This document shows, one piece after another, positions 52,460 to 62,125 of a stretch of DNA of 64,000 nucleotides (positions within the stretch are counted from its first letter, which is position 1; each line of letters starts with the position of its first letter). The notes below the pieces were generated by a model. That model saw nothing but the letters and a program-made list of their open reading frames with translations. It had not been told where the DNA came from and ran no database searches. The stretch lies in contig OY729416.1 in assembly GCA_963422265.1 (NCBI GenBank), positions 1,216,001 through 1,280,000 of the forward strand. The letters run 5' to 3'. Origin of the DNA: Thermodesulfobacteriota bacterium. GTDB lineage: Bacteria > Desulfobacterota_D > UBA1144 > Nemesobacterales > UBA2774. Position numbers and translations under genes: made by a program.

Positions 52460-52789
52460 GTGGAAGACGTAGAAGACGTAATGAAAGCAATAGAATCTCA
52501 AATAAGCAATAATAAAATTATATTGTATATGAAAGGAACCAAAGATATGCCACAGTGTGGTTTTTCCGCCAGAGTGGTGCAAATCCTTAACTCCTACGGC
52601 GCCGCTTACGAAACGATTGACGTATTAGCAAACCCCGCAATTAGGCAAAACATAAAAGAGTACTCTAGCTGGCCCACCCTACCACAGCTATACGTGGACG
52701 GGAAGTTTATAGGCGGATGTGACATTTGCGTTGAAATGGATCAAAGTGGTGAACTAGAAACCCTCGTTAAAAGTGCAATAGGAGGGTGA
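52460..52789 (+). CDS. grxD: Monothiol glutaredoxin Grx4
   Basis: MKGT..PQCGFS, WPTLPQLY, GGCDI. Confidence 0.95.
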   Translation: MEDVEDVMKAIESQISNNKIILYMKGTKDMPQCGFSARVVQILNSYGAAYETIDVLANPAIRQNIKEYSSWPTLPQLYVDGKFIGGCDICVEMDQSGELETLVKSAIGG

Positions 52790-52983
52790 TATTATGTTAT
52801 AAAGCCATTTTGATGCCCACTCTCTGAGCAGAGTCGAGAAATCAATTCCGCTAGTGAAGCGCAGAATGGCAGCTACGCGATATTATATCTACAAGTCAAG
52901 AACTGATTTCTCCCTACATCCTGAATGACAGGACAGATCATTTTGGTTCTCTATTCTACATATATAACCTTTACAAAAAAATA

Positions 52984-53751
52984 ATGCTTATGAAAAGGAA
53001 TCCTCGAGAAAAGAACGCTATTCCCACGGCTAATAAATGGGAAGTTGACGCTAGAGACCGTTTAATTCTGGCGTTAGACTTGCCTATAATAAAATGCAGA
53101 GAACTAGTCAATGAACTGGGAGATTTAGTCCGTATCGTCAAAATAAACTATTTGCATTTTCTTGAAATATCTAACAGCTCAGAGCCGAAGGTAAAAGAGT
53201 TTCTATCATTTCTAAAGGAAAAGAACGTAAACGTTTTTTTTGACCTAAAGTTTGATGATATTAAAAACACCGTTAGTGCTTATATAAGGGCATTATCCAG
53301 AGTAGATAATATAAGCTTTTGCACTATACACGGGAATCCTTCCCTTATGGACGCCGCCATAGAAGGAAGAAGTGGGGGCGACAAACCGAAAATACTAGCC
53401 GTTACTCTATTGACCAGCATTGATGAAAATAACGTTGATGACTCACAACCCGTCGTAGATTACGTTCTACGTAGGGCACGACAAGCGGATGAACGTAAGC
53501 TGGATGGCGTAATAGCGTCGGGAAAGCACGCAGGCCTAATAAAAAAAGAAACAAACAATGGACTTGCAATAGTGTCCCCCGGTATCCGACTAAACGAATG
53601 CCACGACGACCACAAAAGAGTTACGACGCCTGAAGAGGCTATTAGAAATGGCTCGGACTATCTGGTTGTCGGACGACCAATATACAATGCGGAGAAGCCA
53701 AGACGGGTAACTGAGGATATTATTGATAGAATGCAAAAGGCGTTTAGATGA
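52984..53751 (+). CDS. pyrF: Orotidine-5'-phosphate decarboxylase
   Basis: LILALD, FDLKFDDIKNT, VTLLTS, SPGIR, VVGRPI. Confidence 0.9.
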   Translation: MLMKRNPREKNAIPTANKWEVDARDRLILALDLPIIKCRELVNELGDLVRIVKINYLHFLEISNSSEPKVKEFLSFLKEKNVNVFFDLKFDDIKNTVSAYIRALSRVDNISFCTIHGNPSLMDAAIEGRSGGDKPKILAVTLLTSIDENNVDDSQPVVDYVLRRARQADERKLDGVIASGKHAGLIKKETNNGLAIVSPGIRLNECHDDHKRVTTPEEAIRNGSDYLVVGRPIYNAEKPRRVTEDIIDRMQKAFR

Positions 53752-54045
53752 AAAACAAAGTTTCAGCTGCGCTCATTACTAAGCCATTCAAAAACCGCCT
53801 CTGAATCAATCTATACCCGCTTCTATGAAGAAATACCTTGTGGGAATAGCGTTTCTCAACGTAGCATCCTTTATTAGCCATGCCACCGCCTTGTGTAACT
53901 TATACGAACGATGCTTAAGATAAGTGATAGCAACTACCCATTAGCACCCCCCGGAGTAAACCCATTGAGTATATATTAGGACAAACCTTCCCACTGATGC
54001 TAACCTAGGATATAATATGTCAGAATAGCAAGTTGGTGAGATTAA

Positions 54046-54585
54046 ATGCTGAGCAAATACTACCTTTCAATCGCAATACCACTGATCCTTCTACTCATCG
54101 CGTGTTCTCCGATTAAAGTTAACGTTTATAAAGTGCCTGAAACAGCGCACCAGCGCTATAATCTAATCATAATACCAGACTTTCGGAAGACCGAATCAGA
54201 ATGGGTTCCTTATGACTCAGGCGTGGAAATAGCTGATATGGTAGCGGAAAGGCTTAGAAAAGACAGTAAATTTACGACTGTCAGTCGGTCATCAGGTAAC
54301 GTTGACAGGTCCGATGGAAAAAGGACGTTAATCGTCAGTGGAGTGGTTACCGGCTACGTTCGCGGCTGTAAATACTGCGAATATATATTCATGGGCTTTA
54401 GGGACAAGGGAAAGATGTCGGTACAAGTGTGGGTTAGGCTGACTGATAATACGACGGGGGAGACTCTGGCCGAAGTTGGAATTGACGGTCGGGCAAAAGC
54501 TCCAGGCACAGGTAGAAGTAAATACATACGAGTTGTAAATGAAATTGTAAAAGTAATAGACGCGGTCAATAGCAGACAATTATAG
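54046..54585 (+). CDS. Hypothetical lipoprotein
   Basis: Lipobox LLIAC after a hydrophobic stretch. Confidence 0.7.
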   Translation: MLSKYYLSIAIPLILLLIACSPIKVNVYKVPETAHQRYNLIIIPDFRKTESEWVPYDSGVEIADMVAERLRKDSKFTTVSRSSGNVDRSDGKRTLIVSGVVTGYVRGCKYCEYIFMGFRDKGKMSVQVWVRLTDNTTGETLAEVGIDGRAKAPGTGRSKYIRVVNEIVKVIDAVNSRQL

Positions 54586-54594
54586 ACTTGAATT

Positions 54595-55620
54595 ATGAAG
54601 CTCAAAATTCTCTTTTTTCTAATTGGCGCCGCTGCTGGATTCTTTATAGCCAATCCGGAATATAGTCCTATAGTCTCTTTTCTAGTAAGCGTTGCGCTTG
54701 GCGCGTCAATCATCGGAATAGCATGGGCTTCAGAATCACTTTTTTCCAACTTTAGCCCAAGAGCATTTTTAGGAGTGGCAATAGGGTTAGCAGTCGCCTC
54801 GATGTCGTTTTTTGCCCTAAATCAAGCGCTCTCAACCCTAGGGCTTCCCTCAAATATCTTTCCACTTGTTTCAGTGGGATTCTTTCTATTATTAGTTCAC
54901 ATTGGCATCGCTATAGGGATTAAAAAAGGCAAAGAATCCGAACGGTCTAACGGAAGGAGCTACGGCTCTGCGGGTATGGGGAATAGGACAGGCGAGGTCA
55001 AAATCCTTGACACTAGCGTGATCATAGATGGCAGGATCGCCGATGTCGCCGAGGCCGGTTTCATAAGCGGCGATATTATTATTCCTAAATTTATTATAAA
55101 AGAGCTTCAATACATAGCCGATTCTTCAGATCAGATAAAAAAGGTCAGAGGAAGAAGGGGACTTGACATACTTAAAAGGATGCAGAAAGAAATACCCAAT
55201 GTTTCCGTCAGAATCACGAATCACAATTTCCCAAGCATAAAGGAAGCAGACTTAAAACTTGTAGAACTTGCGAGCAAATTAAAAGGAGTAATTATTACAA
55301 ACGACTTTAATCTAAATAAGGTAGCTGGTCTTCAGAACGTAAAGGTTATGAACCTTAACCAGCTTTCAAACGCCTTAAAGCCAGTCGTGCTGCCAGGTGA
55401 GACGCTAAATATACGCGTTACAAAAGGAGGAAAAGAGGAAAATCAGGGAGTAGGATATCTAGAAGATGGAACTATGGTCGTAGTAGATAGAGCTAAAAGA
55501 CACTTAGGAGACAAAGTAAAGGTGCTGGTTACCAGCGTTCTACAAACCCCTACTGGCAGGATGATATTTTCCAAGGTTAAGGAAAACGGAAAAGACATGG
55601 CTCCCGATTTACATGGCTAG
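54595..55620 (+). CDS. PIN/TRAM domain membrane protein (YacL-like)
   Basis: LDTSVIIDGRI, RGRRGLD, TNDFNLNKVA, GYLEDGTMVVV; upstream of ispDF. Confidence 0.93.
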   Translation: MKLKILFFLIGAAAGFFIANPEYSPIVSFLVSVALGASIIGIAWASESLFSNFSPRAFLGVAIGLAVASMSFFALNQALSTLGLPSNIFPLVSVGFFLLLVHIGIAIGIKKGKESERSNGRSYGSAGMGNRTGEVKILDTSVIIDGRIADVAEAGFISGDIIIPKFIIKELQYIADSSDQIKKVRGRRGLDILKRMQKEIPNVSVRITNHNFPSIKEADLKLVELASKLKGVIITNDFNLNKVAGLQNVKVMNLNQLSNALKPVVLPGETLNIRVTKGGKEENQGVGYLEDGTMVVVDRAKRHLGDKVKVLVTSVLQTPTGRMIFSKVKENGKDMAPDLHG

Positions 55621-56326
55621 GATCTATGCGTCGGTTATAATCACGGCGGGTGGCCTAGGAAAGAGATTTGGCGGTAGTTTAATCAAACAGTTCTCCCTGT
55701 TTGATGGTAAACCCGTTATAATACATTCTGTTGAAGTTTTCACTAAATGTGATTTGATCGATGAAATAGTGCTCGTAGTACCTGAAAGCCAGGTAGAGCA
55801 TTCAAGAGAGCTACTTAAGCGGTACCGTCTAACAAAAGTAAATAAAATAGTTCCGGGGGGAAAGCAAAGGCAATATTCGGTTGAAAACGGATTCAATGCG
55901 CTTTCAAAAAGTACCGGGATAGTAGTGGTGCATGACGGGGTACGCCCGTTTGTTACTTATGACTTGATAAAGAGCGTCATTATAGAGGCATCAAATAGCG
56001 GCGCCGCTATTTCAGCTTTGCCTGCAAAAGACACAATTAAATTATGTTATGAAGATAATTACGTCAATCGCACCATATCGAGAGAATCTATTTGGCTGGC
56101 GCAGACTCCACAGGCTTTTACACGTGAAATTCTCAAAGATGCGTATAAAAAAGCATCCAAGGACGGGTTTGTAGGGACGGACGAGGCTCTGCTCGTCGAG
56201 CGGGCTGGAGGCAAAGTAAAACTCGTCATGGGCTCCCCTTATAACATTAAAATTACAGAACGAGGGGATTTGCAAATTGCGGAATTGATCTCAAGAGCGA
56301 GAATTCACAATACTAACCAAAACTAA
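55613..56326 (+). CDS. ispD: 2-C-methyl-D-erythritol 4-phosphate cytidylyltransferase
   Basis: AGGLGKRFG, KQF, VHDGVRPF, AQTPQAF, NIKIT. Confidence 0.95.
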   Translation: MARIYASVIITAGGLGKRFGGSLIKQFSLFDGKPVIIHSVEVFTKCDLIDEIVLVVPESQVEHSRELLKRYRLTKVNKIVPGGKQRQYSVENGFNALSKSTGIVVVHDGVRPFVTYDLIKSVIIEASNSGAAISALPAKDTIKLCYEDNYVNRTISRESIWLAQTPQAFTREILKDAYKKASKDGFVGTDEALLVERAGGKVKLVMGSPYNIKITERGDLQIAELISRARIHNTNQN

Positions 56327-56376
56327 ACGTATCTCTGCAAAAAGGAGAAAAGGCTGCAGAGTTAATCAATTAAATT

Positions 56377-56862
56377 ATGTATAGGGTCGGATTTGGGCTC
56401 GACGCCCATAGATTTGCGAAAGGAAGGAAACTGATTCTGGGAGGAGCAGAAATTCCTTTTAAGTACGGATTAAAAGGGCATTCGGATGCTGACGTTCTGA
56501 GTCATGCAATATGCGATGCCCTCTTTGGGGCGCTAGGGGAGGGAGACATAGGAAGCCACTTTCCCAACTCGGATCACAGATATGAAGGTGCTTCGAGCTT
56601 GGAGTTCATTAAGGAAGCCCTGGAACTTCTCGCGCAAAGAAGCTATAAAGTAGAAAATATAGACAGCGTAATTGTTTGCGAACAGCCCAAGATTTCCCCC
56701 TTTATTCCAGAGATAAAAAGTAAACTCGCCTCACTAGAAGGACTCTCTGATAAGCAACTAGGAGTCAAAGCTACAACAACCGATAAAATGGGATTTGTGG
56801 GAAGAGGTGAAGGTATTTCTGCTTACTCTATTGCTTTGATTAGACTAGATTCTGAGGACTAG
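56377..56862 (+). CDS. ispF: 2-C-methyl-D-erythritol 2,4-cyclodiphosphate synthase
   Basis: GLDAH, GHSDADV, GDIGSHFP, KATT. Confidence 0.96.
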   Translation: MYRVGFGLDAHRFAKGRKLILGGAEIPFKYGLKGHSDADVLSHAICDALFGALGEGDIGSHFPNSDHRYEGASSLEFIKEALELLAQRSYKVENIDSVIVCEQPKISPFIPEIKSKLASLEGLSDKQLGVKATTTDKMGFVGRGEGISAYSIALIRLDSED

Positions 56863-56899
56863 CTGCCTACCAGCCTATTAATACTTAAAAATATGCCTT

Positions 56900-59284
56900 A
56901 TGTATCTATTTACACAGAAGTATAGGATACTTCTCCCCCTTTTCGGATTTGTAGTCGGCATACTATTAAGCGAGCACATGGGAAATCAATGGATTTTAAT
57001 CGCCGGGCTTGCGCCGATCGCTCTCATAACATCCGCCTACCTGCCCAGCCTTGGCTTCCTTCTATTTATCCCTCTCGGGTTACTGTTCACAGCGAATCCA
57101 CTGCTAAGATCAGTCGAGAACATTGAAAACTACATTGGCAAAAGAATCAATTTGGAAGGAACGCTCTACAAATCACCCGAGACTTTAAATCAGAGAACCA
57201 AACTGTTTATTGACGTGGAATTCGTAATTGAGGAAAACACAATAAAACCCGTTCACGGCAAAGTGGCTATTTCCTGTGGTGAAGTAATTCCTGGACTCAA
57301 TCGCGGTGACAGATTAAGGATAATTGACGCTAAACTCAAGCCTATAAGAAATTTTAACAACCCAGGAAGATTTGATGTGGAAAGATTTTACAAAAGACAG
57401 GGTCTGTACGCAACTGGTTTTGTTCAAGATAAGAACCACACAATTTCTTTCGGCAGGGATAGTTCTTACAGTCCCCTCCTCTACTCAATAAATGAAACGC
57501 GCCTTAGATTTGGCAGGTTCGTTAGAAAAAATTTCAAAGCTCCTGAAAACGAGATTATAAATGCCGTTACAATTGGAGATAGAACTGGAATACCTAGTAA
57601 GCTGAGAACAGAGTTTTCACGCACGGGCGTAGCGCACATTCTCGCAATATCAGGGCTTCACGTAGGCTCAGTCGCATTCATCTTCTTTCAACTAATCAAG
57701 TGGATGCTAAAGCGCTCAGAATACCTGCTTCTACGCTTCAAAGTGCCGCGCCTAGCAGCCGCGCTAACCATCCTACCGGTTTTCTTATATACGGCAACAG
57801 CGGGATTCTCCACGTCCGCCTGTAGAGCCTTGATAATGGTATCAATCTATCTAGCGTCAATAGTGGTCGGAAGGAGTGAGAACAAGATAAATACCTTAGG
57901 CGTCGCAGCTCTTATAATACTTATCCTGCAACCCTGGGCGCTTTTTCAGTTGTCATTTCAGCTCTCATTCGCATCGGTATTAGCAATACTGCTAGCACAC
58001 AAGTTCTATCCTTTCAAATTCAATACATTAAAAAATACTGCATGGAGCTTAATAAAAACTACCTCAGCGGCAGCATTTGCCACTTACCCCTTCATAGCCG
58101 ATTCTTTCGGAACTTTACCACTAATATCTATACCTGCAAATCTGTTATTTATCCCTATAGTAGAGTTTTTCACCGTCCCGTTAGGACTCACTTCCTTTGC
58201 GGCTTTCTTGATCTCCACGCACTTAGCCGAGCCTTTTATTTCACTAAACGTATTTCTAATAGAATTGTTGATAATTGGCATAAGCAACATAATCAAAATT
58301 CCATATTCCTCCCTCGCCGTTCCTGAGCTCGGCAGGTTAAACTGGGTGCTTTTTACATTGGTGGGATTAGCCTTTATGATTCAAAACATTCATCCTAGAT
58401 TCAAATACCTCTTCCCTGCTCTATTGGTATTATTCGTCGCAAGCTCAGCCTTTTCAGTGATAAACAAATCGTGGAATCTCGGGGAGCTTAAGGTGAACTT
58501 CTTAGACGTGGGAAAGAACAAAAGCTCCGTATTCTTCAACCTTCCAGATGGGAAAACGATTCTAATCAACGGCGGATATTCAGCTAAAGCCCAAAGCGGC
58601 TATGCGGAGAAAACCACTTTAAGCAACTTCCTCATAAGTCTAGGGATTGAAAGAATAGACTATTTAATTCTAACCTCTATAGATAAGGATCATTTAGAAG
58701 GAGCAAAGCACATTACAGAAAGGTTTACGGTAAGGACACTCTTAACTAATGGCTCAAAGCTTGACAGTGAGCTCTGGGAAGCGGTGTATGAAAAGGGTAT
58801 AAAATGGAAAAACCTGCTTCAAATTGATGAGCCGTTGCCGATAGGAGAATTACGCCTTGGAATCCTAAAGACTGGCCAAGGGATGAGAATTCAGGATTCG
58901 TCAATGCCCTATCCCATAGCCTTAAAGTTGAGCGTCAGAGGGCTGAAGTTTATCATTGGAGAGGCACTAAATGACAAAGCTCGGCAAGCCAATCTTGAAG
59001 AAAGATACGGCGAACTCTTACAGTGTGACGTTCTTTATTTGCCTCGATTGGCTTCCGAAAACACCCTTGACAAATTCATGAGTTCAGCATCCCCACAAAT
59101 GCTATTAACTAATGATTTTCAAACCCAAAATGGACTTAAAACCAAGGGATGGAAGAATGCAAATCGGGGACTTCAGATAATGCGCATTCAGAATACGGGA
59201 GCCGTAACTTTTTATACAAAGCGAGAAAGACTTTATTATTATACGTTTAGTGGAGGAAAAGGAAGCGTTTCAAAACGGAACTAA
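56900..59284 (+). CDS. comEC: ComEC/Rec2 DNA uptake channel
   Basis: DUF4131/OB region, HILAISGLHV, SFQLSF, ANL; degenerate C-terminal MBL domain. Confidence 0.9.
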   Translation: MYLFTQKYRILLPLFGFVVGILLSEHMGNQWILIAGLAPIALITSAYLPSLGFLLFIPLGLLFTANPLLRSVENIENYIGKRINLEGTLYKSPETLNQRTKLFIDVEFVIEENTIKPVHGKVAISCGEVIPGLNRGDRLRIIDAKLKPIRNFNNPGRFDVERFYKRQGLYATGFVQDKNHTISFGRDSSYSPLLYSINETRLRFGRFVRKNFKAPENEIINAVTIGDRTGIPSKLRTEFSRTGVAHILAISGLHVGSVAFIFFQLIKWMLKRSEYLLLRFKVPRLAAALTILPVFLYTATAGFSTSACRALIMVSIYLASIVVGRSENKINTLGVAALIILILQPWALFQLSFQLSFASVLAILLAHKFYPFKFNTLKNTAWSLIKTTSAAAFATYPFIADSFGTLPLISIPANLLFIPIVEFFTVPLGLTSFAAFLISTHLAEPFISLNVFLIELLIIGISNIIKIPYSSLAVPELGRLNWVLFTLVGLAFMIQNIHPRFKYLFPALLVLFVASSAFSVINKSWNLGELKVNFLDVGKNKSSVFFNLPDGKTILINGGYSAKAQSGYAEKTTLSNFLISLGIERIDYLILTSIDKDHLEGAKHITERFTVRTLLTNGSKLDSELWEAVYEKGIKWKNLLQIDEPLPIGELRLGILKTGQGMRIQDSSMPYPIALKLSVRGLKFIIGEALNDKARQANLEERYGELLQCDVLYLPRLASENTLDKFMSSASPQMLLTNDFQTQNGLKTKGWKNANRGLQIMRIQNTGAVTFYTKRERLYYYTFSGGKGSVSKRN

Positions 59285-59302
59285 GGATAAGGCGGTTCAC
59301 TA

Positions 59303-60055
59303 CTAGTCAACCCCTTCCATTTTAGCATTAATAAAGTTCCTCAGCATCTCGACGTCTGTATTTCTAGCTTCTTCAACCGTTCCGGTAAAGACTATCTTGC
59401 CGCGATATAAAAAAGCCAAGCGATCCGAGGTAGCAAAAGCGCTTTGAATATCATGAGTAATTATAACGCCAGTTATGCCAAACTGATCCTGCATATCCCT
59501 TATCAAATAGTTTATTCTAGTTTTATTAGGCGGGTCAAGCCCGGTCGTCGGCTCATCATAGAGCAGTATCTTTGGATTCATAGCCATTGCTCTAGCTAGC
59601 CCTACACGCTTTTTCATGCCCCCGCTAAGGTCGTTAGGCATCTTGTCCTCTATCCCGGGAAGCCCCACTAACTCAAGATTTTTCGCTACTATATCCCTTA
59701 TTTCATTTTCAGGCATATTAGAATTTTCCTTGAGTGGGTAGGCTATGTTATCTTCAACCGAAAGCGAGTCAAAAAGCGCAGCACCCTGAAACAGCATTCC
59801 CATCTCCTTCCTTATATTAATATTATCTTCTTCATCCATTGGTACTATGTCTTCCCCTTCCACAATCAACTTGCCAGAGTCAGGCTTAAGCAATCCTACA
59901 ATTTCTTTAAGCAATACACTTTTGCCCGAACCGCTTCCACCCATAACGGTTATATTCTCACCCCTTACGACCGATAAATTAACCCCAGCGTGAACCTCCT
60001 TCTCTCCAAAGGATTTATAAACATCCTTAATATCTATTATTATTCCCTGCTCCAT
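59303..60055 (-). CDS. ABC transporter ATP-binding protein, MlaF/Mkl-like
   Basis: GGSGSGKS, LFQGAALFDS, LSGGMKKRVGLARA, YDEPTTGLDP. Confidence 0.9.
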   Translation of the reverse strand: MEQGIIIDIKDVYKSFGEKEVHAGVNLSVVRGENITVMGGSGSGKSVLLKEIVGLLKPDSGKLIVEGEDIVPMDEEDNINIRKEMGMLFQGAALFDSLSVEDNIAYPLKENSNMPENEIRDIVAKNLELVGLPGIEDKMPNDLSGGMKKRVGLARAMAMNPKILLYDEPTTGLDPPNKTRINYLIRDMQDQFGITGVIITHDIQSAFATSDRLAFLYRGKIVFTGTVEEARNTDVEMLRNFINAKMEGVD

Positions 60056-60212
60056 TTTACATAGTTCCCAATCATCACTTTTTTGGACGGAGATTGGACG
60101 GAGAAAAACCCAACGTCAAGCTGCTAGTCACGTGGATTGTAATGCGCCATTCCAACTTGTCAAAAGGCTTTAACTATTTGGCTACTTTGTGTAAGCTCAA
60201 GTGTTCATGAAC

Positions 60213-60261
60213 TTCATGCAAAACTAAGCAAATCTTAACTTAACTTTCATTGACATTTGAT
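60213..60261 (+). promoter_or_regulatory. PHO-box-like 11-bp-period repeats
   Basis: TTCAT(60213), CTAAG(60224), TTAAC(60235), TTCAT(60246), TTGAT(60257), upstream of the lipid N-methyltransferase. Confidence 0.55.
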
Positions 60262-60349
60262 ATATATACAATACAAAATATATGGTAAGGTTAAAAGTCA
60301 TGCCCAAGTGTATGGTCCCACACATGCTGCTTAACCCACTAGGATCCAA

Positions 60350-60964
60350 ATGAGAAGATTAAACGTCAGCTCTGGGACAGAGCTAGAGTTCAGCTTGAAA
60401 TTCCTTACGCAATTTATCACACATCCCACCAAAACTGGAGCAATACTTCCATCAAGCGATGAGCTTTGCGACCTGATGGCGGATTTAGCCGGCATCCCTA
60501 AGGTTTCGACAATTGTAGAGTTCGGACCTGGCACTGGAGTAATCACGGAAAAGGTGATGCAGAAGAAGTCAAAAAACGCAACCTTTTTCGCAATGGAGAT
60601 AAACGAAGCCTTTGTTGAAGCTACGAAAAAGAGATGTCCGGACGCGATTGTATATAAGTCCTCAGCTACTGAGGCGATGAAACACCTTGAAATGCACGGA
60701 AAGTCAGGCTGCGATGTAATACTTAGCAGCCTGCCCTGGCTGACTTTCAACGGTGATATGCAGCAAACACTCCTTGACACCATATACGAAACGCTTAATC
60801 CAGGAGGCAAATTCCTAACTTACGCATATGTGCCGGGGCTTATCTTCCCCGCTGCATGGAGACTAAAGAATAAGCTTTTCGGGAGATTTGATAAAGTTAC
60901 GAGAAGCAAAATCGTTTGGAAAAACGTCCCTCCTGCTTTTATATATAAAGGAGAGAAGGCATGA
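60350..60964 (+). CDS. Phospholipid/ornithine-lipid N-methyltransferase (Sinorhizobium PmtA / OlsG-like)
   Basis: P.KTGAILPSS, VEFGPGTGVIT, ILSSLPW, VWKNVPPAF. Confidence 0.8.
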   Translation: MRRLNVSSGTELEFSLKFLTQFITHPTKTGAILPSSDELCDLMADLAGIPKVSTIVEFGPGTGVITEKVMQKKSKNATFFAMEINEAFVEATKKRCPDAIVYKSSATEAMKHLEMHGKSGCDVILSSLPWLTFNGDMQQTLLDTIYETLNPGGKFLTYAYVPGLIFPAAWRLKNKLFGRFDKVTRSKIVWKNVPPAFIYKGEKA

Positions 60965-61135
60965 GCATCCGCATTTCCTAATACCTCTTTCTTATTAACT
61001 TATCTACACAATACGCCTATCTATTAAGCACTATCCAATCCAGAAAACTTGCTTGAAACTAATGGCTCAATCATTTATATTAGTAAAAGTTAAAGATTGT
61101 TAAAAACATAGTAAAAACATAGGAGGTGTAATAAA

Positions 61136-61957
61136 ATGAGTTTTACAAGAAGAGTAGCAGCGTTATCCGTTTTATTCCTAATTTGTGCGTTTTCCATAGG
61201 AAACAGTAATACTTCAAAGGCGCAGGAGCTTCCGGGTCCCCAACTCGTAACTAATGCATGGATGTTTATAGCAGCTTATAAAGCTGACCCTAAAATTCTA
61301 AAATCTATGCTTCCCAAGGGGCTTGAGCCTAACCCCGCAGGGCACGTCGTTATAAATATGTACACCGTCCCCAATGGTCTTGAGACTTCCGGATTCGGAC
61401 CTTACACACTTACTTATCTGACCGTAGAGCTAGCCGGACAGGATTCATACGTAATGAACTCCGACATAACCTATCCGGGTAGATACTTCGTTTTCTATTT
61501 CAATAGCTCGCCCGTGATGAGGGAATTTACAAAGAAAGCAGGGATTCCGGTAAACGAGAATACTAACGTTCTGACTACGACAACAGTCAAAGAGGGCAAG
61601 CTCACCGCGACCTTAACCGTTGATGGGAAGCCCTTTATAGTATCTACCGCTGACGTTGGAAGCGAGCTCGGAAACTTTAGCGGCGGCCACCTAAACTACT
61701 TCGGACTTATTAATTACAAGAAGGAGGGTAAGTCCGTGCACAAGGTTGTTAAGTATCCTATTCCCTTTAACGGTGGAACTGTGGAGACCAAAAACGCCAA
61801 AATAAAGATCGCTGCCCCAGAAGGTCATAAGTTAAATAAACTTAAGCCAATCGCCGATCCAACTTGGGCGGTTTGGATGAAGGGAAGCTTCGTATATCCC
61901 CAATACCAGATTATAAATAAACACATAAGAAAGGGTTGTAGCAAAAAGACAAGATAG
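61136..61957 (+). CDS. Exported protein, acetoacetate-decarboxylase-like fold
   Basis: AGGAGG RBS, signal peptide (SKA-QE), YKADP.ILKSMLPKGLEP ADC-like start. Confidence 0.55.
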   Translation: MSFTRRVAALSVLFLICAFSIGNSNTSKAQELPGPQLVTNAWMFIAAYKADPKILKSMLPKGLEPNPAGHVVINMYTVPNGLETSGFGPYTLTYLTVELAGQDSYVMNSDITYPGRYFVFYFNSSPVMREFTKKAGIPVNENTNVLTTTTVKEGKLTATLTVDGKPFIVSTADVGSELGNFSGGHLNYFGLINYKKEGKSVHKVVKYPIPFNGGTVETKNAKIKIAAPEGHKLNKLKPIADPTWAVWMKGSFVYPQYQIINKHIRKGCSKKTR

Positions 61958-61962
61958 GACGT

Positions 61963-62000
61963 AAAAAAGGGGCATCTGCAGTCAGCAGATGCCCCTTTTT
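61963..62000. terminator. Bidirectional rho-independent terminator
   Basis: AAAAAGGGGCATCTGC-AGTCA-GCAGATGCCCCTTTTT between convergent genes. Confidence 0.9.
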
Positions 62001-62010
62001 ATAAAATTAC

Positions 62011-62087
62011 TGGTGGAGATGAGGGGAATCGAACCCCCGACCTCCGCGTTGCGAACGCGGCGCTCTCCCAGGCTGAGCTACATCCCC
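62011..62087 (-). tRNA. tRNA-Ala(CGC)
   Basis: GGGGATGTAGCTCAG...CCGCG-TTCGCAA-CGCGG...GGTTCGATTCC...CTCCACCA; G3:U70 alanine identity pair; encoded CCA. Confidence 0.96.
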
Positions 62088-62125
62088 CCGCGGAATGATC
62101 TTGTGAGACACCCTAGTCATTCTAA

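Noticed and set aside
53752-54045. Gap after pyrF with a ~45-codon minus-strand ORF
   Set aside because: No recognisable motif or RNA structure; cannot be supported.
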